The notes under the pieces: model-generated
Database searches by the model: none
Told to the model about the DNA's origin: nothing
The model's input: only the letters and a program-made list of their open reading frames with translations
Assembly: GCA_003170085.1 (NCBI GenBank)
Contig: PMZT01000065.1
Location: 3,272 to 26,470, forward strand
Source: Planctomycetia bacterium
Lineage (GTDB): Bacteria > Planctomycetota > Phycisphaerae > FEN-1346
DNA: 23,199 bases
Direction of reading: 5' to 3'
Shown here: positions 1-7,916 of the stretch, in pieces
Position numbering within the stretch: position 1 is the first letter of the stretch
How the letters are laid out: each line of letters opens with the position of its first letter
Made by a program: the position numbers and the translations under genes

Positions 1-123
1 ATCGGGGCGCCTTGGGCCGATGCATCCGGTTGCCCATCGTTCGACAAGACGCCCCTGACGGGGCTTGCCCCCTCCAAGGGCCACGCTTACCCAGGGCTCG
101 ACTTCGTCTTCGCCCTGGGCTAA
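1..123 (+). CDS. Possible 3' end (about 40 codons) of an upstream + strand gene entering the window; product not recognisable
   Basis: Frame 1 is open from base 1 to a TAA at 121-123 (..GHAYPGLDFVFALG*). No start is visible and the peptide has no recognisable motif. Confidence 0.2.
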   Translation: MGAPWADASGCPSFDKTPLTGLAPSKGHAYPGLDFVFALG

Positions 124-147
124 AAAAGGCGCCCCTACGGGGCTGGC
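122..147 (-). terminator. Putative intrinsic terminator for the minus-strand flotillin operon (GC hairpin gcccc-tac-ggggc, then a T-run when read on the minus strand)
   Basis: Plus strand reads taaaaaaGGCGCCCCTACGGGGCtggcc. On the minus strand this is a GC-rich hairpin followed by TTTTTT, about 75 nt downstream of the stop of the 223..783 CDS. Confidence 0.4.
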
Positions 148-222
148 CGGCTGCAATTCATGGCGTTGTAGTGTTAGCCCCTCCGTCCCTGCGCTGTAAC
201 GCCGTTAAGATATGTTGTAATA

Positions 223-783
223 TCACGCCTGTTTCGTCATCTGCTGGCATCGTTTCCAGCGATCGATCTGAAGAATGACCTCCGCGTGAATCTCCGCCGG
301 CTTCGCAATGTGTTCCCACGCCATCGACGACGCCGACCGGAGCGAGCGGAAAAAAAGCGTCCCGATCCCCAGCATGTGCTGCGCCGCCGCCTGGGCCACG
401 AACGTGCTCTCGATCTCCTCGAGGCCCATGAACCGCACGTCAACGTCCACCACGCCCTCTTGCACCAGGATACGCCGGTCGGTCAGGACGTACGTGCGGC
501 TGAACCACTGCAGAATCGCCCACGCAAAACGGAAGCCCACGATCGACACGCCCAGGATCACCCCGGCCTGGCGCACGCTCAGCGGCAGGTCGGTGATCAC
601 GAACGCCAGGAACACCAGCGACAGCCCCGCGGCGATGAACGGAAGGCCGGCAAAGAGGACGTACCAGTGCGACGGCTTGACGGCCAGGACAACGACCTCG
701 CCGGGCCCCAGGAGCGACGATGCCGCCAGGCGGGCGCGGACGGGCAGACCGTCCTCGTAGCCGCCGGGCATTCCGCCCGACAT
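223..783 (-). CDS. Bacterial PH-domain (bPH_2 / YdbS-YdbT-like, DUF304) membrane protein; last gene of the flotillin operon
   Basis: ORF 223..996(-). Two TM helices (LFAGLPFIAAGLSLVFLAFVI and GVILGVSIVGFRFAWAILQWF) are followed by the SRTYVLTDRRILVQEGVV...DVRF segment typical of bPH_2. Preferred start is the ATG at 783 (MSGGMPGGYED...). Upstream in-frame ATGs at 873 and 996 would overlap the flotillin gene. Confidence 0.65.
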   Translation of the reverse strand: MSGGMPGGYEDGLPVRARLAASSLLGPGEVVVLAVKPSHWYVLFAGLPFIAAGLSLVFLAFVITDLPLSVRQAGVILGVSIVGFRFAWAILQWFSRTYVLTDRRILVQEGVVDVDVRFMGLEEIESTFVAQAAAQHMLGIGTLFFRSLRSASSMAWEHIAKPAEIHAEVILQIDRWKRCQQMTKQA

Positions 784-892
784 GCGGTCCTGGGCGGCCG
801 CCAGCGGCGCAACGTCGGCCTCGGACGGCCGCGGATGCGCTGCACGTTCTCTCGGCGTCGGATCACTGACCATGCGACTTGGCCCCCAGACG

Positions 893-2422
893 TTACGCCT
901 TCGGCTTCTCACCGGCGGGCTTGGGCTTGTCGGCCGCAGGATCGGCGCCCGCGCCGGCGCGGGGGCGAATCTGGCCCAGGAAGTCCGGCAGGTCAAGGCC
1001 CGCCATGCGCGCGATCTCGTGCATCGGCGGAAGGACGCCGATGAGGCGCTTCCCCAAGTCGCTCAGTCCGCCGCCCTGGCCGCCGCCGTCCCACACGATG
1101 ACCTTTTCGAGCGGCAGGTTCTGGATGGCCTCGGCCTGGATCCTCGCGACGTCGGCCAGGCGCTCGATCACCAGGAGCGTCGTGGCCGCCGCGGGGTCCT
1201 GCGCGGCCGCCTGGATCAGGTTGCCATAGCCGGCGGCCTTGGCATCGAGCACGGCCTTGGTGCCCTCGGCCTCGGCCTTCATCTTGACCAGGATGGCGTT
1301 GGCCTCGCCCTCGGCGATGAGGGTCTTGAGCTGCTTCTCGGCCTCGGACTGAATGACGACCTGCGACCGGGCGGCCTCGGCCGGAACGATGACCTCGGCC
1401 TTCAGGCGTGCGGCCTCGCGGAGTGCCCGGGCCTCTTCGGCCAGCTTCTGGGCCACCTGCTCGGCCACGCGGATCTGGCCGTCGGCGGAGCGTGCGGCCG
1501 ACTCGGCCTTCGAGCGGGCGTCGGCCTCGGCCACTTTCTGGGACGCGATGAACGCGGCCTTGCGGGCATTGGCCTCGGTCTCGGTCTGGACGGCCTGGGC
1601 CTCGAGGTTGGCCACCTGCTGGCGGCGGTCGCGCTCGGCCGACTGCTCGCCGACCACGGCGTCGGCGTTAGCGGCGGCGACGGCCTTACGCCGGTCGCGC
1701 TCGCGCTCGGCCACGCCGATCTGGCCTTTCCGCTCCTGCTCCGACACGTCGACGTTGGCCTGGTTGATGGCCTCGGCGGCCGCCTTGCGGCCCAGGGCTT
1801 GCAGGTAGCCGGACTCGTCCTCGATATCCTTGATATTGATATTGATGACCATCAGGCCGATCTTCTCGAGCTCGACGGTCACGGCCTCGCTCACCTTGGC
1901 CATGAAGGCCTGGCGGTCGCGGTTGATCTCGTCGATCTTCATCGTGGCGATGACGGCGCGCATCTGCCCCAGAATGATGTTCTGGGCCTGGTCCTGGATC
2001 TGCTGGCGCGTGAGGCCCAGCAGGCGGATGGCCGCGTTCTCCATGACGCCCGGCACGATCGAGATGGCAGCCGTCACGGTCGTGGGCACCTTGACGCGGA
2101 TGTTCTCCTGCGACAGGGCGCTCGTCAGGTCCACGGGCACGACGAACGGGTCGAGCTCGAGGAAGCTCGACGCCTGGAACACCGGCCACACGAACGCCGC
2201 GCCGCCGTGGACGCACTTGGCCGCCCCGCGCCCGGTCTTGCCGTAGATCACGAGGATCTTGTTGGACGGGCACCGCTTGAACATGCGGATGAGGCTCACG
2301 AGGAGGATCAAGGCAACGAAGCCCGCCAGGAGCCCCAGCACGACGGTGGCGTACGAGCCCTCCGACGGGGTCTGATTCTCCGGAAAGTGCCGTATCTCGG
2401 CGAGGATGTTCATCCAGGTCAT
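893..2422 (-). CDS. floT: Flotillin-like protein (SPFH/band-7 family, FloT/YuaG-like)
   Basis: 509 aa. N-terminal TM helix, then an SPFH domain (VPVDLTSALSQENIRVKVPTTVTAAI..), then a long Ala/Glu/Arg-rich coiled-coil (EA-repeat region) typical of flotillins. AGGAG sits 8 nt upstream of the ATG. The gene lies immediately downstream of nfeD on the same strand. Confidence 0.9.
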   Translation of the reverse strand: MTWMNILAEIRHFPENQTPSEGSYATVVLGLLAGFVALILLVSLIRMFKRCPSNKILVIYGKTGRGAAKCVHGGAAFVWPVFQASSFLELDPFVVPVDLTSALSQENIRVKVPTTVTAAISIVPGVMENAAIRLLGLTRQQIQDQAQNIILGQMRAVIATMKIDEINRDRQAFMAKVSEAVTVELEKIGLMVININIKDIEDESGYLQALGRKAAAEAINQANVDVSEQERKGQIGVAERERDRRKAVAAANADAVVGEQSAERDRRQQVANLEAQAVQTETEANARKAAFIASQKVAEADARSKAESAARSADGQIRVAEQVAQKLAEEARALREAARLKAEVIVPAEAARSQVVIQSEAEKQLKTLIAEGEANAILVKMKAEAEGTKAVLDAKAAGYGNLIQAAAQDPAAATTLLVIERLADVARIQAEAIQNLPLEKVIVWDGGGQGGGLSDLGKRLIGVLPPMHEIARMAGLDLPDFLGQIRPRAGAGADPAADKPKPAGEKPKA

Positions 2423-2440
2423 CGTTGTTTCTCCTTTACC

Positions 2441-3049
2441 TCAACCTTCAACCTTCTCAACCTCAACCGTGTTGGCATCGAGGAGCCGCTTCACCACGAC
2501 GGGCGTGCCGGCCGCAAGGGCCTCGTCCGACACCGACCGGGCGTTCACGAACGAGATCACGCCGCTGACCATCGTGCGAACCTGGCCTGTGCCGCCTTTC
2601 GGAATATCCATGTACACCGTGGCTCGCTGACCCACGCAGGTCTCGAGCCGCCGGGTGCCCGTCTCGGCCATGCGCATGAGGAAGTAAAAGAGGGCCGAAA
2701 CGATCGCCATGCCCACGCAGCCCCAAAGGACGCTGTAGATGAGCGTCCGGTCGACCGAGGTGCCGGCCCGCGTATACAGGATGCCGGCCCATCCGAACAA
2801 CAGGCCGAAGGCGGTAACCGATCGCACCGAAAGAAGCTTGAAGCTGGCCATCGAATCGGCGCCGTGGACCGTCGATTCCTGGACATCGTGGCCGCCCGCG
2901 GGGCCGACATCGTGAACGTCGGTGCCGCCGGTATCGACGTGCTCCGCGCCGCCGAAGCCGCCGAGGAGCGTCGACAGGAGCTGCCACCCGAACAGGACGC
3001 TGAAGAAGACCGCCGCAATCCAGTACGCATCGACAAGGATACCTTCCAC
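2441..3049 (-). CDS. NfeD-like membrane protein (YuaF/YqiJ-type, flotillin-associated)
   Basis: 202 aa. N-terminal TM helices, then a C-terminal OB-fold-like segment (GQRATVYMDIPKGGTGQVRTMVSGVISFVNARS...GTPVVVKRLLDANTVEV). It ends 18 nt before the flotillin start. The gene order matches the classical nfeD-floT operon. Confidence 0.75.
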   Translation of the reverse strand: MEGILVDAYWIAAVFFSVLFGWQLLSTLLGGFGGAEHVDTGGTDVHDVGPAGGHDVQESTVHGADSMASFKLLSVRSVTAFGLLFGWAGILYTRAGTSVDRTLIYSVLWGCVGMAIVSALFYFLMRMAETGTRRLETCVGQRATVYMDIPKGGTGQVRTMVSGVISFVNARSVSDEALAAGTPVVVKRLLDANTVEVEKVEG

Positions 3050-3184
3050 GGCTCACCTCCTTTCGCGTCCAGAGACCGCGCCGCCAGCAGCAAGTATGCT
3101 AATCGGTACGGCCGCCGATGCAAGGCATTTCCGCGGGCGCACGGGGCGATTCCAAAGAACGCGCGAAATTGGAGGCCGGGGAAA

Positions 3185-3413
3185 GACGACAACAGATTCA
3201 CCGCAGAGACCGCTGAGAACGCAGAGAACAAAAGAAACGACTAACTGATTGAGGGGAAAAAGAAGAGGCCACGGCCTCCTCCCCTGCTCACCTGTTCAAT
3301 CTGTTCTGTCTGTTTTTCCGTTTCTCACCAATTTTCCCGTCGTTGTTGTCTTTCTCTGCGTTCTCTGCATCTCTGCGGTGAATCCGTTTCCGTTTTTCTC
3401 CGCGGTGAAATCT
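3185..3413. repeat. Composite repeat element, copy A. A ~57-bp arm (gacgacaacagATTCACCGCAGAGaccgctGAGAACGCAGAGAAcaaaagaaacgac) lies about 100 bp from its inverted copy (gtcgttgttgtcTTTCTCTGCGTTCTCtgcatCTCTGCGGTGAATc), then an inverted gatttcaccgcggag module. The shared core is cctgttcaatctgttc.
   Basis: Read directly. 3196-3229 is the reverse complement of 3352-3385 with few mismatches. The same sequence family recurs at 4956-5303. Confidence 0.7.
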
Positions 3414-3441
3414 TGAACGCGCCCGACGAAACGGCTAGCAT
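3413..3441 (+). promoter_or_regulatory. Candidate sigma70-like promoter for the fucosidase gene (TTGAAC, 17-nt spacer, TAGCAT)
   Basis: -35-like TTGAAC at 3413-3418 and -10-like TAGCAT at 3436-3441, about 45 nt upstream of the ATG at 3484. An AAGGGA Shine-Dalgarno lies at 3474-3479. Confidence 0.3.
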
Positions 3442-3483
3442 CGGGGCTACGCCAAACGCGCGTGAGATTACGAAAGGGAACCC

Positions 3484-4935
3484 ATGCGATCACCTCCGCT
3501 AACGACGGTTCTGGCCGTTCTACTTCTTCTCGGACTTGCGGCGCTTGCCACGGCCGCCGCACCCGCCACGGAGCCGCCCATGCCCGCCCAGCCGCCCGTT
3601 CCCACGCCGCAGCAGGTCGCGTGGCAGGAGATGGAGTTCATCGCGTTCACGCACTTCGGCGTCAACACCTTTACGAACCGCGAGTGGGGTGAAGGCAAGG
3701 AGAACCCCAAAATCTTCAACCCCACGGCCTTCGACGCCCGCCAGTGGGCCCGCGCGTGCAAGGACGCCGGCATCCGCATGATCATCCTCACGTGCAAGCA
3801 TCACGATGGCTTTTGCCTGTGGCCGAGCCGGTACACCGAGCACTCGGTCAAGAACTCGCCGTGGAAGGACGGCCGGGGCGACGTCGTCAAGGAAGTCTCC
3901 GACGCCTGCCGCGAGGCCGGCCTGAAGTTCGGCGTGTACCTCTCGCCCTGGGACCGCCACGAGCCCACTTACGGCGACTCGCCGAAGTACAACGAGCATT
4001 TCGTCAACCAACTGACCGAACTCCTGACGAACTACGGCGAGATCACCGAGGTCTGGTTCGACGGGGCCTGCGGCGAGGGCCCGAACGGCAAGAAGCAGCA
4101 ATACGACTGGCCGGCGTTCCACGCGACGGTCCGCAAGTTGCAGCCGAAGGCCGTGATCTTCTCCGACGCCGGCCCCGACGTGCGGTGGATCGGCAACGAG
4201 AACGGCTACGCGGGCGAGACCTGCTGGTCGATGATGGACCGCTCGCGCGTGGCGATCGGCAAGGCCGATGGGAAGTACCTGAACCGCGGCGACCCCGCCG
4301 GCCCCGACTGGGTGCCGGGCGAGTGCGACGTCTCGATCCGCCCCGGCTGGTTCTACCACGCCGACCAGGACGCGAAGGTGAAGCCGCTGGCCGACCTCGT
4401 GAACATCTACTTTGCGTCGGTCGGGCGAAACGGACTCCTGCTGCTGAACCTGCCGCCCGACCAGCGCGGCCTGATCCATGAGAACGATGCGGCGCGGTTG
4501 CGCGAGCTGCGGAAGTTCCTCGACGAGACGTTCCGCACGAACCTCGCGCAAGGCAAGCCCGCCAAGGCCGCCGCCGAGGCGCCCGGCCATGCGGCTGCAA
4601 TGGCAGTCGATGGCGACGGCGCCACGTGGTGGGCGGCGCCAGCCGGAACCACCAGCGCCACGATCGAACTGGACCTGGGCGGGCCCGCGCGGTTCAACGT
4701 GGTCATGGTCGAGGAGATGATCTCGCTCGGGCAGCGGATCGAGGAGTTCGCCGTCGAACGCTGGGACGACGGCAAGTGGCTGCCCGTGTGCCAGGGGACG
4801 ACCATCGGCCACAAGCGGCTCCTGCGATTCCCCGAGGTCACGGCCGGGAAGGTGCGCCTCGTGATCACGAAGTCGCGTGGCACGCCCACGGTGCGCGAGT
4901 TCGGGCTGTTCCTTGCGCCGGCGGTGGCGAAGTAG
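3484..4935 (+). CDS. Secreted alpha-L-fucosidase (GH29) with a C-terminal F5/8 type C (discoidin-like) carbohydrate-binding domain
   Basis: 483 aa. Signal peptide (MRSPPLTTVLAVLLLLGLAALATAAAP). GH29-type core (FIAFTHFGVNTF..REWG, ..ILTCKHHDGFCLWPS.., ..FGVYLSPWDR.., EVWFDGA). The C-terminal ~130 aa (AMAVDGDGATWW...FNVVMVEE...VRLVITKS) look like a discoidin/F5-8C domain. Confidence 0.85.
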   Translation: MRSPPLTTVLAVLLLLGLAALATAAAPATEPPMPAQPPVPTPQQVAWQEMEFIAFTHFGVNTFTNREWGEGKENPKIFNPTAFDARQWARACKDAGIRMIILTCKHHDGFCLWPSRYTEHSVKNSPWKDGRGDVVKEVSDACREAGLKFGVYLSPWDRHEPTYGDSPKYNEHFVNQLTELLTNYGEITEVWFDGACGEGPNGKKQQYDWPAFHATVRKLQPKAVIFSDAGPDVRWIGNENGYAGETCWSMMDRSRVAIGKADGKYLNRGDPAGPDWVPGECDVSIRPGWFYHADQDAKVKPLADLVNIYFASVGRNGLLLLNLPPDQRGLIHENDAARLRELRKFLDETFRTNLAQGKPAKAAAEAPGHAAAMAVDGDGATWWAAPAGTTSATIELDLGGPARFNVVMVEEMISLGQRIEEFAVERWDDGKWLPVCQGTTIGHKRLLRFPEVTAGKVRLVITKSRGTPTVREFGLFLAPAVAK

Positions 4936-4955
4936 TTGGGGGCTTTGCGCCGTTC

Positions 4956-5303
4956 GATTTCACCGCGAACGCAAAGAAAAACGGCAACGGATTCACCGCA
5001 GAGATGCAGAGAACGCAGAGAAAAACAGAAACGGCCTACGGATTGAGTTAAAAACAGAAAAAAGGATTTCACCGCGGAGAACGCAAAGAAAAACGGCAAC
5101 AGATTCACCGCAGAGGCCGCTGAGAACGCAGAGAAAAACAGAAACGGCCTACGGATTGAGTTAAGAACAAAAGAGGCAAACGGCAGGCGAATAACGGCGG
5201 CACCTGCTCGCCTGTTCAATCTGTTCAGTCCTTTTTTCTGTTTTTCCCCAGCCTGTAAGTCGTTGCCGTTTTTCTCTGCGTTCTCCGCGTCTCTGCGGTG
5301 AAT
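4956..5303. repeat. Composite repeat element, copy B. Two tandem ~110-bp direct units (4956-5055 and 5066-5170: gatttcaccgcgRAacgcaaagaaaaacggcaacRgATTCACCGCAGAG..GAGAACGCAGAGAAaaacagaaacggcctacggattgagttaa). Then a small hairpin, the cctgttcaatctgttc core, and an inverted partial unit (5258-5303).
   Basis: Read directly. The units are about 90% identical to each other and to the arms of copy A (3185-3413). Orientation and order of the sub-modules match copy A. Copies A and B bracket the GH29 gene. Confidence 0.75.
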
Positions 5304-5310
5304 GTTTTTG

Positions 5311-6642
5311 TTATGGTTTAGCGGCGCTCAACTGCGTTGAAACCGCGAACTCGCCGGCGCGGCCAACCTCAAACGTCGCGCGGGCGCCGGACGATTCCAC
5401 GGCGTACGCGCCAAGGAACCCGTGAAACTTCACCTGCCCGCGCTCATCGGTCTTGAGCGCGAGCGGCCCCGTCCACCACTCCGTCTTGACCATCTTCAGG
5501 AGGGCGTCGTACACGGGCTTCGGCGACATGTCCTTGCGCACGAGGCCCGAGGGGGCGCCCAGCCACGCCCCGGCGTCGGAGAAGTCCCACCACGTGATCG
5601 CCTGCACCGCGGGATGAGAGAAAAGGATGCGGTAGAACTCGGCCACCTGCGCGGCCTGCCGCTTCTCGCCCTCGGGGGTCGTGACCCAATCGGTGTAGTG
5701 GCCATTGTTCCAGTCCATGTGCTGCTTCTCCTCGCCCGAGACGAACGTGGTCTCGGTGAAGTGAAGGGGCTTGCCGAACTTGGCGAACCGCTCGCACGCC
5801 TCCCACGTCCACCTCGCGCCCCGATACCCGTTGTGCTGGTGCGACTGGATACCGATGACGTCGATCGTGACGCCGGCGGCGAGGCATTCCCTGATGAGCG
5901 CCTCGTACTTCGGCGACGTGTCGTAGTCGTTCAGGACGAGCGTGGCGCGGGGGTTGGCGGTCCGCGCCGCCGCGAAGGTTTCCTTGATGAGTTCGGGGGC
6001 ACCGATCTTCTTACATAGCTGCGCGATCGGGTTCTTGTCGAGTTGGTACGTCGGCATGACCACGGCCTCGTTGACGACGTCCCACGTATCGATGAGGCCG
6101 GCGAACCCTTTCACCTCGCGCGTGATCCGCCCGATCTGCAGCGCCTGGACCTCCTCGGGCGTCTTGCCGGCGAGCCATGACGGCGGCACCTGGTGCCAGC
6201 AGAGCGGGTGGCCCTTGGTGCGGATGCCGCTAGCGGCGCACCACTCGGCCATCGCGCGCCGGCCGTCGGCGGCAGGTTGCCCCTCCTGCCTCTCGTACGC
6301 GCCCCAGTAGAACGGCAGCGTGGCGAAGTTCAGGAGCGCCTTGAACCGGTCCCGGTAAGCCGTCTGGGCCGGACCTTCTCGACTCGCGCTCAGGCCGAAC
6401 GCGTTGCACCCGAAAAGGAACTGGTGACGGGTCTGCTGCACGGTGACCGCTGCGCCGGCGAGCGGCCGGCCGCCCGCGTCGGTGACGGTCAGGGTGACCT
6501 CGGCCGTCCGATACTTCTGGATGCGGGCGTTCATTTCCTCAAGGCCGACGGGCGCCGCGGGGCTTTCGGCCGGGGCCTGTGCGGCCGCGGCCATGAGGAC
6601 TACGCTGACGATCGCGAGGGTGATTCCATGCCTTCCGGTCAT
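5311..6642 (-). CDS. Secreted GH10-family glycoside hydrolase (endo-1,4-beta-xylanase-like)
   Basis: 443 aa. Signal peptide (MTGRHGITLAIVSVVLMAAAAQA). GH10 hallmarks: HQFLFGCNAF near the N-terminus, the catalytic acid/base region WDVVNEA, and the nucleophile region HFTETTF (ITELD-equivalent). AAGGAG-like Shine-Dalgarno upstream of the ATG at 6642. Confidence 0.8.
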   Translation of the reverse strand: MTGRHGITLAIVSVVLMAAAAQAPAESPAAPVGLEEMNARIQKYRTAEVTLTVTDAGGRPLAGAAVTVQQTRHQFLFGCNAFGLSASREGPAQTAYRDRFKALLNFATLPFYWGAYERQEGQPAADGRRAMAEWCAASGIRTKGHPLCWHQVPPSWLAGKTPEEVQALQIGRITREVKGFAGLIDTWDVVNEAVVMPTYQLDKNPIAQLCKKIGAPELIKETFAAARTANPRATLVLNDYDTSPKYEALIRECLAAGVTIDVIGIQSHQHNGYRGARWTWEACERFAKFGKPLHFTETTFVSGEEKQHMDWNNGHYTDWVTTPEGEKRQAAQVAEFYRILFSHPAVQAITWWDFSDAGAWLGAPSGLVRKDMSPKPVYDALLKMVKTEWWTGPLALKTDERGQVKFHGFLGAYAVESSGARATFEVGRAGEFAVSTQLSAAKP

Positions 6643-6663
6643 GGTAGGCTCCTTGCAATGTGA

Positions 6664-6712
6664 CTAACACTACAACGCCACTTTGCGCGGCGGGTCTCCG
6701 CACCCGCCGCGC
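6664..6712 (+). repeat. REP-like element, copy 1 (flank ctaacactacaacgccacttt plus GC hairpin GCGCGGCGGGTctccgcACCCGCCGCGC)
   Basis: Perfect 11-bp stem with a 6-nt loop. The same hairpin-plus-flank family recurs at 6748-6803 (inverted), 15803-15830 and 21184-21233 (inverted), with a partial flank at 159-178. Confidence 0.7.
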
Positions 6713-6747
6713 CGTGGCCCTTGGAGTGGTCAAGAATGCCATTTCAT

Positions 6748-6803
6748 GCGCGGTGGGTACAGAGACCCACCGCGCAAAAGCCCAAGTGGTGTTGTAGTAC
6801 TAA
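6748..6803 (-). repeat. REP-like element, copy 2, inverted relative to copy 1 (GCGCGGTGGGTacagagACCCACCGCGC plus flank aaaagcccaagtggtgttgtagtactaa). It forms a convergent REP pair with copy 1.
   Basis: The reverse complement aligns with copy 1, apart from a small insertion in the flank. It sits in the 190-bp gap between two minus-strand genes. Confidence 0.65.
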
Positions 6804-6830
6804 TACTGCAATGCAACTTGGGACTTTGGA

Positions 6831-7916
6831 CTACCCTTTGACCGGCCTTCGCCGAAACAGGCTCAGCAGGATCAGCACGACCGTGGGGACGACAAGCCAC
6901 CAGTACGCGATCGTGGGGGGCGCGGCGGCGGCCGCTGCCGTGGGCGGCGCCGTCAGGCCGGCGGGCTTCCCGGCGCGAACCCACGCGGTATAGAAAAGCT
7001 GGGCCACGTGGTCGGCGGCATCGCGCAGGGCCGCCGCCTCGGGCTGGCCGCGCGACTCCAGTTCGCTCTTGAAGGCCGCGTAGTACGGCTTGGCCCGCGC
7101 CGAGTTAACGTCGTCGAGTTCCTTATCGGCCTCCTCCACCTTCTCGGGCGGCGTGTAGCCGGTCTTCAGGCGGGCGGCCGTGTCGGCCTCAAGGATGGGG
7201 GCCGCGCGGCTGTTGGCCACGATGAGCCAGTCGAAGAGCCGCCCCTCCGCGTCCTCCACATACGGCACGGGCGCGCGGCCCTTGCGGATCTCGGCGGCGT
7301 AGAAATCCTTGTGGCGGACGAGGAGGCCGATCTCGAGCATCTTGTGGATGCCCGTGTTGCCCGTGAGCTTGCCATTGTAGTTCTTCGTGCAGTGGAACGG
7401 CATGTGCAGGTCGGCGCCGAAGTGCGAGACCTCGCCGGCCCACTTGAAGATCTCCTCGGTGGCGCCGCGGCGCAGGGCATCGACGAGCGCTGCCTCGGCG
7501 TCCTCGATCACCCAGGGCGCGGTCCCGTGCTCCTCGAACGGCTTCTTGCCGAACTCCTTCTCGGCGGCCCTGCGGTCGCGCGGGAAGTGCGCGAACGGGA
7601 ACGGCTCGGAGGTAATGCCATCAATATCAAAATAATGTTTGACGCGTTCCCTGGCGAGCTCGGGCGACTTGGCCTTCCTGAGTTCCTCCACCCGCCGGTC
7701 GGGCTCGAGCGACGCGGCCTTCAGCCGCCTGAGAGCCCCCTCATCGGCCAGCAGGCCGTGCAGCGGCTCGGGCAGGCGCTGGACGGCCTCGTCGGCGACC
7801 TCGAGGTGGCCCCAGTCGCCCCACGCCAGGGCCGGACGGTCGGAAACCGCGGCGAGAAGCAGCAGCACGGGCAGCACGAGCGCGGCGGCGCGAATGAACT
7901 TGAGTCCAAGGTCCAA
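6831..7916 (-). CDS. S1/P1-nuclease-like zinc-dependent hydrolase (phospholipase C / P1 nuclease superfamily), secreted, with a C-terminal hydrophobic anchor; start codon uncertain
   Basis: ORF 6831..8222(-). Mature N-terminus ALA|WGDWGHLEVADEAV matches the Trp1/His6 zinc-ligand start of P1 nuclease. HYFDID and SHFGADLHMPFH match the P1 H-x-x-G-D-x-H-Q-P-x-H zinc motif. The C-terminus is PPTIAYWWLVVPTVVLILLSLFRRRPVKG (TM helix plus basic tail). There is no ATG before the signal-peptide-like KFIRAAALVLPVLLLLAAVS. Candidate starts are TTG at 7916 or ATG at 7994, and both lie inside the heptamer-repeat palindrome. Confidence 0.5.
   Translation of the reverse strand: MDLGLKFIRAAALVLPVLLLLAAVSDRPALAWGDWGHLEVADEAVQRLPEPLHGLLADEGALRRLKAASLEPDRRVEELRKAKSPELARERVKHYFDIDGITSEPFPFAHFPRDRRAAEKEFGKKPFEEHGTAPWVIEDAEAALVDALRRGATEEIFKWAGEVSHFGADLHMPFHCTKNYNGKLTGNTGIHKMLEIGLLVRHKDFYAAEIRKGRAPVPYVEDAEGRLFDWLIVANSRAAPILEADTAARLKTGYTPPEKVEEADKELDDVNSARAKPYYAAFKSELESRGQPEAAALRDAADHVAQLFYTAWVRAGKPAGLTAPPTAAAAAAPPTIAYWWLVVPTVVLILLSLFRRRPVKG

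Noticed and set aside
44-60. Small hairpin gCCCCtgacGGGGc near the window start
   Set aside because: It is a 5-bp stem only. A similar hairpin at 131-143 is already used for the minus-strand terminator call, and this one lacks a flanking T-run.
12-278. 88-aa + ORF at the window start
   Set aside because: It overlaps the minus-strand terminator hairpin and the 3' end of the PH-domain gene. It is Arg/Pro-rich with no features. A short in-frame tail ending at 123 in another frame is the only plausible + strand coding remnant, and even that is weak.
782-3244. 820-aa + strand ORF spanning the flotillin/nfeD region
   Set aside because: It runs antisense to two well-supported genes. It is low-complexity and Gly/Leu/Arg-rich, as expected of GC-rich antisense frames, with no start context. 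The same reasoning rejects 3520..4812(-), 9587..10768(-), 11113..12828(-), 12791..14002(-), 13897..15897(-), 15516..17072(-), 21065..22075(-), 7008..8330(+) and the many short Arg/Pro-rich ORFs in the track.
4956-5303. Possible CRISPR array (direct repeats with ATTCACCGCAGAG-type cores)
   Set aside because: There are only two long (~110-bp) direct units, with no short spacers of uniform length. Inverted copies of the same unit exist. No cas genes are in the window. It behaves as a composite dispersed repeat, not CRISPR.
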